Shown here in pieces: positions 48,939 to 61,745 of a stretch of DNA of 63,694 nt. Numbering within the stretch: position 1 is the stretch's first letter; each line of letters starts with the position of its first letter. A program made the position numbers and the translations under genes. The DNA is from Chara braunii (Eukaryota; Plantae; Charophyceae). Below the pieces are notes generated by a model, which was given only the letters and a program-made list of their open reading frames with translations, was not told where the DNA came from and did not search any database. The DNA is taken from contig BFEA01000016.1 in assembly GCA_003427395.1 (NCBI GenBank), positions 3,488,115 through 3,551,808 on the forward strand, read 5' to 3'.

Positions 48939-51734
48939 TAGTAATTGAGTCAGGTGGAGTTAAATTTGATGCGGGAGATGAAAAGAATTAAGGATAGCTG
49001 GGAGATCATTCGCGCAGGAAGATGATGCATAGACCCAGGGAGGGCGGATGTACGTTGATTGCAGGAGTCTTTCGAGAAGTGTCAAAGAATAGAGGAGAGA
49101 AAGTCCATTGACGTGATGCCGACTGCAGGTGGTGAGGGAGAGACGTGCCAAATAATAGAAGAGACAAAGCCCTCGGGTTAGCTCAAGCAGTGCACTGTGG
49201 CATAGTGGCTGCCTCCTCCACGAGAGCAGAAACGTCCTACTGGACTGATGTCTGCTCAAGAGGTGAACAGATAAGGAGTGGGCAGGAGTGGAAAGACCTT
49301 AGCCCAAGGCCGTGTTTTGGAAAGGCAGCTCCTGGACATCCAATGGGTGACTCGCTGGCAGTATCAAGCATTGTGTTTGCATACATGGTTCTGCTGACCA
49401 ACCTTCTCTTGAGGAGTGCTTTCTTGCGTGCTTGAAACTGGAGTGTGTATGTGACCCTGTGTGCCCCTAAATATGGCCAGCAGTGATGGCCACAGTTAAA
49501 GGTGCATACACTTGGGCAGGCGGAAGAAAGGTAGGGTAGCTGTCCAGGGAAGGGAAAAGCACTGTACACCTCCCGAGGGTAAAACAAGCCATCGAAGGAC
49601 CGAAGGGTTGCTGGCCAGGGAATGAAAAAGCAGAGGGTACGAAGTAAGCAAGGGAAGTACTGAAGGGGTTTATGGTAGCTGGCCAGGGCTCGAAGAGCAG
49701 ACGCTTCGCGTCTGAATCCCACGCATTGGAACCAAAGGATGCATTACATCCGCTTCGCAGATGATTTTCTTGTAGCAATCTCTGGTACACGATCAGAAGC
49801 AGTGAAACTGAGATCTGAATTGGAATCGTTCCTTAGAGACAAACTCCAGAAGCAAAAAGCGCTGTACACCTCCAGAGGGTAAGAAGTAAGCAATTGAAGG
49901 ACCGAAGGCGTTTTCTCTGGCAAAGGGAGCATCCAATGTGTCATTGTCAGTTTCTACCTCCAAATTGGGATGGGCAATGACTTTGTTCTTAGATTGCTAA
50001 GCTTGGCGGTCTGTGTGACGGATGTGGAATTCACAGACTCTTTGTGTGCGACAAAGGAGCCATTACTGCGAACGTGTGGGAGAACATGAGAAGTGAGGAT
50101 GGGCCGCGAATAGCACATTCACCCGGCACGGATAGGGATGGGGGTGAGCAATCCTCGACCATTCAGCTTCTCTGGGGACTTTTCGGAGTTGGTGTCCTGT
50201 TTTTTTTTTTTTTTTTTTTTTTTTTCTGACATGGCACCGGAGGTTGCTGCTGTGGGTGTGGGTTAATGTTGAAGTTTTGATCTAATGGTCTCCATGAGTG
50301 AGAGTGGTGGTCATCGTAGATCTCTAGTTGTCTATTTGCTTTCTTTGTGGGCGCTACAAGTTTCATTGCTTTCCTCTTCACTGGAGCGGAGCATTTGATT
50401 GTTTTCTTTCTGAAAGAGAGAAGCATGTGCGCGCCACTCTTTAGTCTGCGATGCAGCGGAGCATTTGATTGTTTTCTTTCTGAAAGAGAGAAGCATGTGC
50501 GGCAGCAGTTTTTTGTCTGCTGAAGGCTGCATCTCTTTGTTTCTCTCATTCACCTTTCTTTGCCATTTGGCCATCCATGCTCTGTCAGTGCAAAGTGCCA
50601 GCTTTGTCAAAGCTGGAAGAATAATCAGCCTGCGGCATGCATTGTTTATGTAACACATGGAGTAGCCTCGTGTGGTACAATCATTGTCGTTTGTAGCTGT
50701 ATTTGGAGGGGACTCGAGTCCCTTCTCGTCGTCAGTGTGTTGTCCTCTTCTGGTCTCCAGGTTGTGTGTGCATCAGAGCGTGTCCAATTCTCTCGGCATG
50801 TGCTGCTCGAGTGGTTTATTACCTTTCTATTCAAAATTTCAAAGTTTAACAGTTGGTGAAATGCAGGATCTAAGTCTTATTCAAAGTTTAACAGTTGGTG
50901 AAATCCAGGATTTAAGTCTTGCTGAGTAAGTTGCACATCATTTGTAACACCAGACAATAACCGGTAATAAAAATTATAAAATTCATATACTGTTTTTTTT
51001 TTTTTTTTCCAACGACTTGTGCGCTGGTTGTTGTTTCCTATTCCCTGCGCCTCTGCTTTTTCTGTGACGAAATGCACGTTATTATGAATACAAGAACAGG
51101 TCCAGATGTTGCTGTTAGTCTCAGCATTTACGTAAATGCCATGCTCTTTTAAGTTTTAACCTAGGCCATGGCATGTTGCAGTCCACGTCACTGCTTTAAC
51201 CGTTTTGATGGTCAACGGTAACCATTTTTTTTTCCCATTTTTTTCCATTTTTTTTTTCCATTAACCTATGGTTTACGGTTGCTGCAGATTGTTGCCTTCT
51301 TGTATGTTCTTGAAGTCTCGAATATCAGTGCCGATGGCAAGTGCCGTCTGGGGCAATCGGATTTGCGGTTTGTGAATTCTACGGTTGGTAGTTTAACGTG
51401 CTCATATTCAGGAGGGCAGGGAACTTCTGCTTTAGAAGGTCTGTTGTTTGGCATGGTCACCCACCTTGGATTGCATAATAGAGTTTATGTATTTGCAGTC
51501 TGTTTGTGGCCTGCTGGCGAATGCGGGCTTGTGAGAGAGGAGAGTTCTTTCCATATTGTCCTTTCGTGTACGGACGTCACAACTTTTTGGTTGGATGAAT
51601 TTGGCTTTAATTTCCAGTTGTGTTCAGTGGCTCCAGCCGGTTTCATATGATTCTGAATATGCCCGTTAGTGTTTTGTGAAGATGTCCTCCTAACGTTTTT
51701 GCAGCGCCGGTGTTTTGGAATTTAGTGTTCTTTG

Positions 51735-52010
51735 CTAGTCTACCAGCCGGGCCGCCCGGGTCCCGGGTGGCCAGCCCGTGCAAGGACAAAGAAGCGTCCC
51801 AGAAAAAAAAAAAAAAAATCCAAAAAATCCGAAGAAAAACTATGTTATGCAGAAAAATAAACTGAACAACTTTTGCCTCAGGGTGACATCGAAATTCTTT
51901 ACCAAATTTAAAATATAAAATAAAATGTTAAAATAATTTTTATTTTTTAAAAATTTTAAATCTTTTTGGCCCGGCCGGGCAAGTGACCCCGGGCCACTCT
52001 GGTAGCCTAG
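51735..52010. mobile_element. MITE with perfect 8-bp TSD (hAT-like)
   Basis: TIRs CTAGTCTACCAG/CTGGTAGCCTAG; TSD GTTCTTTG on both sides. Confidence 0.85.
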
Positions 52011-52093
52011 GTTCTTTGACCCCTTTGGGGAGTAAACTGTGTCTCCTGCTCAGGAATGTCGCCAGATCCTTTTTTTCTTGGGGAAGACAAAGA

Positions 52094-53090
52094 TGCAAGG
52101 GAAATGCGCAAAATAGCGAATGACAGAAATCCAGATTGCAAATTCACATTGAAAGCCAGATAGTCGATCACTGTCCAGAAAGCAGAAATGCACTGAAATG
52201 ACAGCGGAGGAGAACGAACGCAGCGAACTGAATTGTGAATGAAAGCAAGTTATCGCCATCACCACATATGCGATCGAAGTTCTGCATCCTATTGGCGCTC
52301 AGCACCCAGACTACTTCCTACAGCTACTATCCTATACTACCAAACGACGATGCAACCCGTTGACGTCAGCAGCATACTAAAGTACAAGCAGATGTCGACC
52401 ATTTTGACCATCGCCCAGACCAGGTACGTGCCCTCACATCACCATCCTCGTCTCTCTCTCTCTCTCATCACCTCGACTTCTGACCCATATCTTCCCCGTA
52501 CACGAAGATCACCACCACCTCCGCTGAGCTTCCAAGCCGAGCCCGGCTATGGATGGGCTGGCTTATGGTGCTGCTGAGGTTCCCTTGCACCCGTGCACAC
52601 ATGAGCACCTCTGTCAGCGCGAGCAAGCAGCCTGCTAGCGCAAGCTTCAGCAGCGCTGCCGCTTGCGCATGCGAGTGCCCGAATGTCCTCTCCCTGGCGA
52701 CCTCTTCCCTATATGGAAAGTGCTTGCCCAGTTTGCTGCTGGGCTGGGAGGCGCGTGTGCCCTTTAGATTCGTGTTGGGCCAAAGTGTCTGCGCCCAGGC
52801 CCATTCAGACAGTGGCCTGGGACCGAATTGGTTACGAGTGCCCAACCCCCCAGGCGCAAACGTGCGGCGTTCCCCGCTTTGCTGGAAGAGCCTGGAAGGC
52901 TCACGAATATTTCAGATCCCAACGAGCACGACGGACGTAACCAACTGGCGCGTGGCAACTGCCTGGCGCCCGCGAAGATTTGCGAAAGTGACGACTTCAA
53001 GGCTCATTGGAAATCAGGGGCCTGCCTTGACTTAGGGCTGGCAGGCATCTGTTGCTGGGGCCTTATGCAGGTATGCGAAGGTGTAAAATC
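52094..53090 (+). mobile_element. ~1-kb dispersed element, copy 4 (divergent)
   Basis: TGCAAGG start, CAGATTGCA..TCACATTGAAAGCCA, degenerate hairpin at ~53018-53044. Confidence 0.65.
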
Positions 53091-53097
53091 CTCGCAA

Positions 53098-53857
53098 AGA
53101 GGGAAACCTGGTTGATTAAGGAGTCCAAAGTTCCAACTTCTTTCGTGACACGGTGAGCTCATTAACACTTCGCTACCTATCTGAATGTGCGAACGAGCAG
53201 AAGGTAATGGGTTGCTGAAAAGCTTGGCTTTGCAGAAGAACAAAGTGGACCATGGAAAAGTAATAAGCCTTGAAGAACTACGATACACGAAACTTCCATT
53301 GAGGTTGCTGGGGACCCAATGAAGCACAGCCACAGTTGCAGCCAATCTTGTCTTGCAACTTGCTGAAGGTGTGATGCCATACCCAACATCAGTTGTGGTG
53401 GCTGAACATCTGCAGTCTGCACTGTAAGCTCTTCAATGTGTCCCCCATGATGTGAACTGTCCTTTTCTTCTGTCATTTCATTCCTAGGGAGGCTAGAGGT
53501 GTTCCTTTGCGTCCATCTATCCCTGTGGTTGTCCTTCATTGTGTCCCCAGCAACCTCAATGGAAGTTTTGTGGATCGCAGTTCTTCAAGGCTTATTACGT
53601 TTCCATGGTCCACATCTGTCTTCTGCAAAGCCAAGCTTTTCAGCTAGGCATTACCTTCTGCATTAGTTCGCACATTCAGATAGGTAGCGAAGTGTTAATG
53701 AGCCCATTGTGTCACGAAAGAAGTTGGAACTTTGAACTCCTTTTCAGGTACGCATTCTGCAGCGATTAGCAGATTCAGGTAGGTAGTGAATTGTCTGAGA
53801 CCACCAAAATCCAGTAGTGGAACTTTGAACGTACCTTAATCAACCAGGTTTCCCTCT
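53098..53857. mobile_element. Foldback element with ~220-bp inverted arms
   Basis: Ends AGAGGGAAACCTGGTTGATTAAGG/CCTTAATCAACCAGGTTTCCCTCT; arms 53098-53315 and 53543-53857 (the latter has an internal insertion); no clear TSD. Confidence 0.75.
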
Positions 53858-54857
53858 CTGTCTTCCGCAGAGCGGCATTCGTATCCCACTCAGTCACTCT
53901 TGTAGGATTATTAATTTATTTAGCAAATTAGCATTAAAAATATACGCTTTAGCAAGGTAGAAATCCAGCAACCAATCCAAGAGGCCTCTAGAATCGAATG
54001 GCAAGAGAATTGGGTGCACATCAGAGTAAGATTCCATAAGCCAACTTTTGATTCTCGCCATTAATATTTGGAATTGTAGTCCCGAGCCAGCAGTCCCTTT
54101 CCATGCGATTTTGTTCCACCGCGGCGGTGAGTGAAGACAGTGGAATCACGGCCTGCTGTTCTGTACCACTGGAAGGGCCAGCCTGGGGTAGTTGGGATAC
54201 ATTCCAACCTGGTGTTGGCAGGTGAAGAATTTGACACATTCGGACATTTGAAAACCCGACCTACACGGTGCTGTGTCATGGGAAGCCATACAAGCTGCTT
54301 CATCATACCGTGCACGCGTGTCAATGATGTGTGTGTGGACGTGGGCTGTCTAGACTCAAAGACTATGTAATATATCTCTATTTTTTTTATATAATATCTA
54401 TATAGATATTATATATCTGTGTATTCTCTGGGGAAGCAGGTAGTCCCTCCATCCTCCCTCAGCTGCTTCTGTGCATCCTCTGTCTTCCCCCGTCGTCCTC
54501 CTACCTCTGTACCCCCTCTTCTATCCATAGCTGTGGCCTGCCCCCTTTGCGCGCTCTTGTCTCCCTGCCGCTTTTCTCCCATGAAGGGTCGTGCCCTGTT
54601 CACACTCGATGTCGCGCCAACCCATTGCCTTTTTTCTTTATCTGCGTGGCCGACTTGGCTCTTACACGGTCCGCCTTGCCCAATGAGATGGTGCTCCGCC
54701 CGCTCCAGTTTGATTAATGGTGAAGGTGCCTTCCTGTGTGCTCCTACCTCGTGAACTGAAAACAACGGAAAGGTGGGGGCCCAAAAGTTTGCAGATCTGT
54801 GGTGGAGCCTCGCGTACTTCAGGGGAAATCCACAAAGTTAGCGAGTGGAGCACATCA

Positions 54858-55217
54858 CACGAGGGCCACGAGGCCCAAAAAACAAAGGCTGCGCGCCACG
54901 GAAAGGTCGTGGAAAAGAAAACACGTTGGGCCCTGGGCCCAGCAGGGAAAGTGGCTTGTGGGACCGCGGTTCTTTATAAGAGCTTGGGAAATTAGTTAGA
55001 GCAGTCTGATGCCTGAGGGATGCACGGGGAGCTCTGCTCATGCGAGGGCCACGAGGCCCGAAAAACAAAGGCTGCGCGCCACGGAAACGTCGTGGAAAAG
55101 GAAACACGTCGGGCCCTGGGCCCACCAGGGAAAGTCTCTTGTGGGACCGCGGTTCTTTATAAGAGCTTGGGAGAGCAGTGTGATGCCTGAGGGATGCGAG
55201 GGGAGCTCTGCTCATGC
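54858..55217. repeat. ~183-bp tandem duplication
   Basis: GAGGGCCACGAGGCCC...TTTATAAGAGCTTGGGA...GATGCCTGAGGGATGC x2. Confidence 0.8.
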
Positions 55218-55384
55218 CTTTGATGCTCCCCAATCCCCACCAGGAGATGGAGCCTATTATCGTGTTGCTGACCTCTTTGCAGGTGGGGTAATCCACGACA
55301 GGTGGGCATGGTGCAAATAAGATGTTGGAACAATATAAACTTTATTATAAAGAGAGTGAAAACAAAAAGTTAAAAACAAACTAG

Positions 55385-55457
55385 AAACCGGAACAATACA
55401 GAGAAGATTAGCATGGTCCCTGCGCAAGGATGACACCCATAAATTGAGAAATGGTCC

Positions 55458-55487
<30 letters not shown>
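55385..55487 (+). pseudogene. U6: 5'-truncated, poly(A)-tailed U6 snRNA retro-copy
   Basis: GGAACAATACAGAGAAGATTAGCATGGTCCCTGCGCAAGGATGACACCCATAAATTGAGAAATGGTCCAAA followed by ~30 A. ACAGAGA box and plant-type 3' end present; 5' stem-loop and oligo-T terminator absent. Confidence 0.9.
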
Positions 55488-55488
<1 letters not shown>

Positions 55489-57364
55489 CTCGAAATTTCA
55501 AATTTGTGTATTTTGCACACAGAGACACAGCAAGAGACAGAGGAGGACCTGGAGATTGTGTGGGCCTGTCATCCAGGTACCAGCAAACTGTGCGTGAGCC
55601 AGGGAGGCCGCTGGGCGATTCATCTCATGAGAGCATTATGATGACTGTATGATGATGATGATCATGATTGATGGCGATGATGACGTCTTTGATGTATCCA
55701 TTGTTGTTAGCAGACGATGGTTGGGGTTGAAATTGCAGTTCGGTGATTGCTCATGCTGTGTGTGATCCTTCCCTTCCTACGGCTCTACTAGTACCAGCTT
55801 GGTGCTGTTAGAAGCGATGTCTGGAATGACTGGACCAGCAGCTTGTCTTCTCCGGTTAGGAGCAATGTCGTTGGAGTGTTTGGATTGGCGGTCGTCTTTT
55901 CCTCTTTTCAAGCAGACGGTTGATCGCGCTCTGTTCTGTTGCATGCTGACAGAGGGATCAAGGATTCATGCGTGTACGCTGTCATTTGAACTGCCCCTCG
56001 GGCGGTTTCCTACTTGCCTAGGTGCACTTCCACCTTTTTGTTCGAGTAAGTCGCTGAGGCGCGTGTCATCGCCCGCCCTGCACTCGGTTGGCAGAACTTG
56101 CAATCGTCTTTTTGCGCCGTACGGAACGAGCTCTCTCTGAGCTCGAGTTTTTTACCATCGGTGCATGCAGTCTCTTGCGCTGATGCAGTGGCAGTCCTTT
56201 CGAGCACAAGAAACATGTTGTGCATATGCAGTCTCTTGCGCTAATGCAGTGCCAGCCCTACCTTGGCCAGAAACAGCACACAGTATTACCCTGGTGCACT
56301 GCAGGAAGAAGCGGCACACCACCTTGTCAGGGGCAGAAGCTGCAATGTCTTTCCTTGACGGAAAGGATGGTACCGTCTTGTCTTGCCTTGCCTTGGGAAG
56401 AAGCAACACACTGAGGTTCGTTGCTGTGCTGCAGAGAGTCTTGCCTTGGTATGCTGCAGTGCACCGTCTTGTCTTGGACTATAGCAGCACACCAACATAC
56501 CTTGGTGTGCAGCAGCACAGTCTGGCCTTGGGCTGAAGTAGCGAGGTCTCCCCTTCACTGGTTGAGTACGACGACCCACACCTCCCGAGTTCTAGCATGC
56601 ACCCTCTACCGCGACATGGACCTTTCATGAAAAAAAGAGAGAGAGGGGGGAAAAAATGCAACATGCCCAGGCGCTTTGCCGAATTGCAGCAGACCAGCAG
56701 AACCGACCTCCGGAAGAAGGAATGCACTGCGGAGTGCATTCCTTTGTGGTAGGCTCCCTTTTGTTCTTGTGTGCTTGTTTGCTCTTCCAATTGTTTTCGC
56801 TCCCCTCTATTCTTCATTCTTCTGTTTTTCTCCCGGGATGACAAAGACCGTGGTCGTCGGCCTTCGTTGCAAATGTCCTTCCAGCTAAAAAAAAGGGCAA
56901 CGTCTTTGCTTCGCTCTGCAATGATTCACACCCACTGACGCTATGTGTGCTCTCCTTTTTTGTGTGTTCTTTTTCCTTTCCCACTGCGGTTGCGTTCCTT
57001 TCTGGTAGGCTCCCTTTTGTTCTTGTGTGCTTGTTTGCGCTCCCCTCTATGTTTCATTCTTCTGTTTTTCTCCCCGGATGACAAAGACAGTGGTCTTGGC
57101 CTTCGTTGCAAATGTCCTTCCAGCTAAAAAAATGGCAACATCTTTGCTTCGCTCTCCAATGATTCACACCCACAGGTGGCGCTATGTGTGCTCTCCTTTT
57201 TTGTGTGTGTTCTTTTTCCTTTCCTTTTGGGTTTTCTTTTTCTTTTTTTTTCTTTCACCGACGCTCCATGACCCATATTCGTGGAAATTGATGGATTCAC
57301 ACCTTCAGGTGGAAGCAGCACGCAGTCTCTGCAGCCTTAATTAACAGATGTGTACGTCAATTAA

Positions 57365-57564
57365 ACCACCAGTACTTGGCCCAGCTATCGATGCTGAGCG
57401 TGGAATGCCCCTGCGCGCCAATTTTCGCCGAAGCGCCGGGCTATCGTTTCAAATTTGTTTTGGCTGGCGCTTCCAGCCATTGTGCTCCGGTACCCGAAGC
57501 CCTAAAGGCGCGGCGCGTTAACGGGAAAGCGCCGCGGCCGATAGCTGGGCCGAGTACTGCTGAT
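57365..57564. mobile_element. 200-bp TTAA-flanked MITE
   Basis: TTAA|ACCACCAGTACTTGGCCCAGCTATCG ... CGATAGCTGGGCCGAGTACTGCTGAT|TTAA; inverted copy at 62402-62602. Confidence 0.85.
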
Positions 57565-58348
57565 TTAAGGAATGGTTTGAAAAACAGAGAGACCGAGAGA
57601 GAGAAAGAAACAAGACGGTATGAAGCAAGTAGCCCAGTGGGAAAGCTTTTCCTTCATCGTTAGAAGGTTGCCTGTAATGCCATATCCTCACGTCTGATTC
57701 GGTGTGTAGTTGTGAATAGAAATCCTGAAGCGTGGGCAAACTACTAAACTACTTACAAAGAGCGAGGGTATTCCCGAAAATTGTCGTCTACTCATTCTCG
57801 TCCCATTATAGACTGCGTATGCCATCATGTACTGAATCAGCAGAGAGAGAGAACGACAAAGACTGTATGAAGCAGGTAGGTTAGTACGAAAGTTTTTCGT
57901 TCATCATTAGAAGTTTGCGCACAATAGCATAGTCTGAAGCGCGAGCGCACTCATAAGGAGCCAAGTGATTCCCAAAAATCCCGAAAATCCCCTCCACTCG
58001 TTCTCAATCCGACTTAATATTGTTCCTCCAAAGGTCCCTCCTCATGTATCAATATATCCCTGATGCCACCAACTCGACTCGGTACAGCTCCCTACCTTCT
58101 GCAGATGCTACCATCCTATTGATGACTGTCATAATATGATATTATCCCGAAAAACACATTTCTCACAAAGCAAAAAAGGAGGGCGAGAAGATTGAATCTA
58201 CTACTAAATAATTGATTGGAGGTCCATGCTGGATCTCACCCTCATTCTGTCAATTCCATCACTGATCATCAAAAGGAGGCTGTGTCGCGACTCCTTGTGT
58301 ACTAACCAGGCCATCGGAAAGGAAAGGAGGTTTCAGATAAGGTTGTTG

Positions 58349-58387
<39 letters not shown>

Positions 58388-59160
58388 CGAGTGGAGAAAA
58401 GCGACAGGTCCCTCCAATAATCTTAACGGTGTGAGAGGTAATCAGTGCTCCTTCAATTGTCCTTCCACATCCAGATCATGTCACCTGTATTGGTCCTTAT
58501 TGCAACAATCTCTTTCCCCTGCTTATCCTGTTCATCCCTCAGTCTCCCAGTTTATAGTGCAGCGGTGTCTCAACCTGGTCCTCGTCATTTCAATTTCCTC
58601 CAATCTTCTCCCAAAGCATCGAGTCATGATGAGATGTCCCCTCCTTTCCCTCGTTCGCTTCCCTACCTCTGTTGATTCTAGCCTTTCGTCATGATTCCGT
58701 TAACATTTGCTCCCATCATATTTCGATGGTTCCCACCTCCGCCAACTTGATCTGTCGTCATTCCAGTGACTGATCATTAATCCCCCATTCCCATATTTCC
58801 ATTTCCTCTCCCAAAGTCCCTTGTCATTATTTCAGCGGCTGCTCAGCCTGATTCTTGCTCCCAACTCACTTCCCCTCCCATATAGATGCCCGATGGTCTC
58901 ATTCAAAGTCGGATATCCTTATCTCAAAACAACATGCTGCAGGATCCACCTTCTCGGTCCGATCCGATGTTCTTATACCCCCGTCTCTTGCCGACGTTCC
59001 AGTGGCTGATTATTGCTACTCCCATCTTCCATACTCCCACCTTTGTTTCACCGCAAGAGCCATACTATCGGAACTCTCCTCTCATCCTCCTTACCTGATA
59101 TTACTCACTCTGGTTAGCCCTCACGTATCTTGCCTCCATCTCCCATGGAGATACCCCTTT

Positions 59161-59319
59161 TGCCAATCGTACCTGATATTACTCGCTCTGGTTAACCCTC
59201 GTGTATCTTGCTTCCATCTCCCATGGAGATACCCCTTCTCGAAGTTTGCCAGTCGTCGAAATATGTGATTCAGCCAGGTGGCCTAAAGAGAGAGAAAATG
59301 CCAGGAATAAAGGGGCGTT

Positions 59320-59403
<84 letters not shown>

Positions 59404-59623
59404 NNNNNNNNNNNNNNNNNNNNNNNNNNNNNNNNNNNNNNNNNNNNNNNNNNNNNNNNNNNNNNNNNNNNNNNNNNNNNNNNNNNNNNNNNNNNNNNNN
59501 NNNNNNNNNNNNNNNNNNNNNNNNNNNNNNNNNNNNNNNNNNNNNNNNNNNNNNNNNNNNNNNNNNNNNNNNNNNNNNNNNNNNNNNNNNNNNNNNNNNN
59601 NNNNNNNNNNNNNNNNNNNNNNN

Positions 59624-59703
<80 letters not shown>

Positions 59704-59863
59704 CAACACCCCTTTATTCCTGGCATTTTCTCCCTCTTTAGGCCACCTGGCTGAATCACATATTTCGACGACTGGCAAACTTCAAGAAGGGGTATCTCCA
59801 TGGGAGATGGAAGCAAGATACACGAGGGTTAACCAGAGCGAGTAATATCAGGTACGATTGGCA
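59161..59863. repeat. 161-bp inverted repeat around (CT)n and an N gap
   Basis: 59161-59321 is the reverse complement of 59703-59863 with a few substitutions. Confidence 0.8.
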
Positions 59864-61068
59864 GCGAGAGAGAGAGAGAGAGAGAGAAGAGTCAAGGGGA
59901 GGGAAGGCTATGTGAGCTAGGGGATGACAGTTCTATTCAACGGATGTTCGGGCAGGTGGGGAGAACAAGGGGGTGGGCTAGGGGATGACAGCTCTGCTCA
60001 GCGACGACCCAGTCACCCATCTTCCTATGTGTTTCTTCACGCCGACTGGAAACACACGAATAAAACTACCGGGAGGAGGAGTCCGCAACAGCAGAGAAGA
60101 TTGAAGGGCCAGGAAGCAGGCATTTGGCATTCACGCAGGGAGGGTGTGACGGCCCCGAAAACGTTTTTCACCATCGCCAGTCGCGGATCATCAGAGGGAA
60201 TTACATTCACCTGCACACGGCTCATTCGACATGCCAAAGAACACTTCCACACAGTCCAATCATAGGGAGAGGAGGGGCTGGAACGGGGTTTATACCACTC
60301 CGGCCTCACTGTGCTCTCCAGTGAGATCGGCGGCCAGAAGATTGTCCAAGTCCAGCAGCTCCATGTCAATCGCGCCTCCACAAGCCGCCTTCTCAATACA
60401 TTCACTCTCACAATGCTCTATGCCAAAAGAACGGCTATTGATGGTTGAGTAGGATGGAGAGCGCAAGTATATATATGTGCGAGGATGGTGGTGGTGTCCT
60501 GCCCATGGGAAGCGGGGAAAGGAGTATTTGGCGTTGTGTCAGGCGGGCGCCAAGCGTTGGCAGGAGGAAGTTGACGCTGCCAGTAATGATCAATGCCGTA
60601 GGATTAGTGTTTTCAGATCTGCGGCTGCATTTTCACTCATTTCATCAATTGGAAGTACAGGCCCCAAGTGCTTCAAATCAGTGGGCACTGGTGGACCGTG
60701 GTGATGTTGGCGTTAGCGTTTGTGGGCCTTAGGATTTGTGGTATCAGATCAGCGATCAGGTTTTCACCGAGGTTGTCAGGTGGTCGGTACCGGATATCCA
60801 TGTTCCAGGCAGTTTCGGAATGACCCAGGTTCGAGACTTGGGTAGACCAGTAATTATTTACTTTGTGCCTGGAAGGTCTTATGCGGTACACGGACGGCTT
60901 CCCATAGCTGTCCTGGGTTCAAATTTCTCTCCTATATTTATAGGGCACTTTGAACAACCCGAGGTGGTGGTAGGGGTTCCTTTTTTTTTTTTTTTTTTTT
61001 TCCCAGAACAACCCGAGGTGGTGGTAGGGGTGCTGATAAGAGCAGACACCGCTATCACTCTCGGGGAG

Positions 61069-61106
61069 CTGTCTCTTATACACATCTAGATGTGTATAAG
61101 AGACAG
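61069..61106. other. Nextera mate-pair junction adapter (artefact)
   Basis: Exact 38-nt junction sequence, flanked by a duplicated ~190-bp segment. Confidence 0.98.
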
Positions 61107-61358
61107 GTTTTATGCGGTACACGGACGGCTTCCCATAGCTGTCCTGGGTTCAAATTTCTCTCCTATATTTATAGGGCACTTTGAACAACCCGAGGTGGTG
61201 GTAGGGGTTCCTTTTTTTTTTTTTTTTTTTTTTCCCAGAACAACCCGAGGTGGTGGTAGGGGTGCTGATAAGAGCAGACACCGCTATCACTCTCGGGGAG
61301 GCTCCATCTATTGGTGGGGAGCTGCACCTGCTGGAAACCGGGTCCAGTGTCCCAGAAC

Positions 61359-61396
61359 CTGTCTCTTATACACATCTAGATGTGTATAAGAGACAG
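61359..61396. other. Nextera mate-pair junction adapter (artefact)
   Basis: Exact 38-nt junction sequence. Confidence 0.98.
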
Positions 61397-61701
61397 CCCT
61401 TGCACGTGTGTGCATACACAATACATCCCCTTCCCATTTATGGCCCCCCTTGCCTTACTTCCCATTCCCTTCCTTTTTATTTCCGTCCGTCCTCCATTGC
61501 AGGCTGAGGTTTCTGGTCCCTTGCACGTGTGTGCATACACGCTACATCGCCTTCCCATTTCTGCCCCCTCTTCCCTTCCTTCCCATTCCCTTCTTCCTTT
61601 TTATTTCCGTCCGTCCTCCTCCTTTTTCTTTTTTCCTGTTTTTCTTTTTTCTTTCTCTCTTTTTCTTTCTCTCTTTCCTTTTTTCTTTCTTCCTTCTTAT
61701 T

Positions 61702-61745
<44 letters not shown>

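Noticed and set aside
48960-49950. Decayed non-LTR retrotransposon (HGLGLRS motif); likewise 33240-33850
   Set aside because: Only one or two short motifs each; insufficient to call without a profile search.
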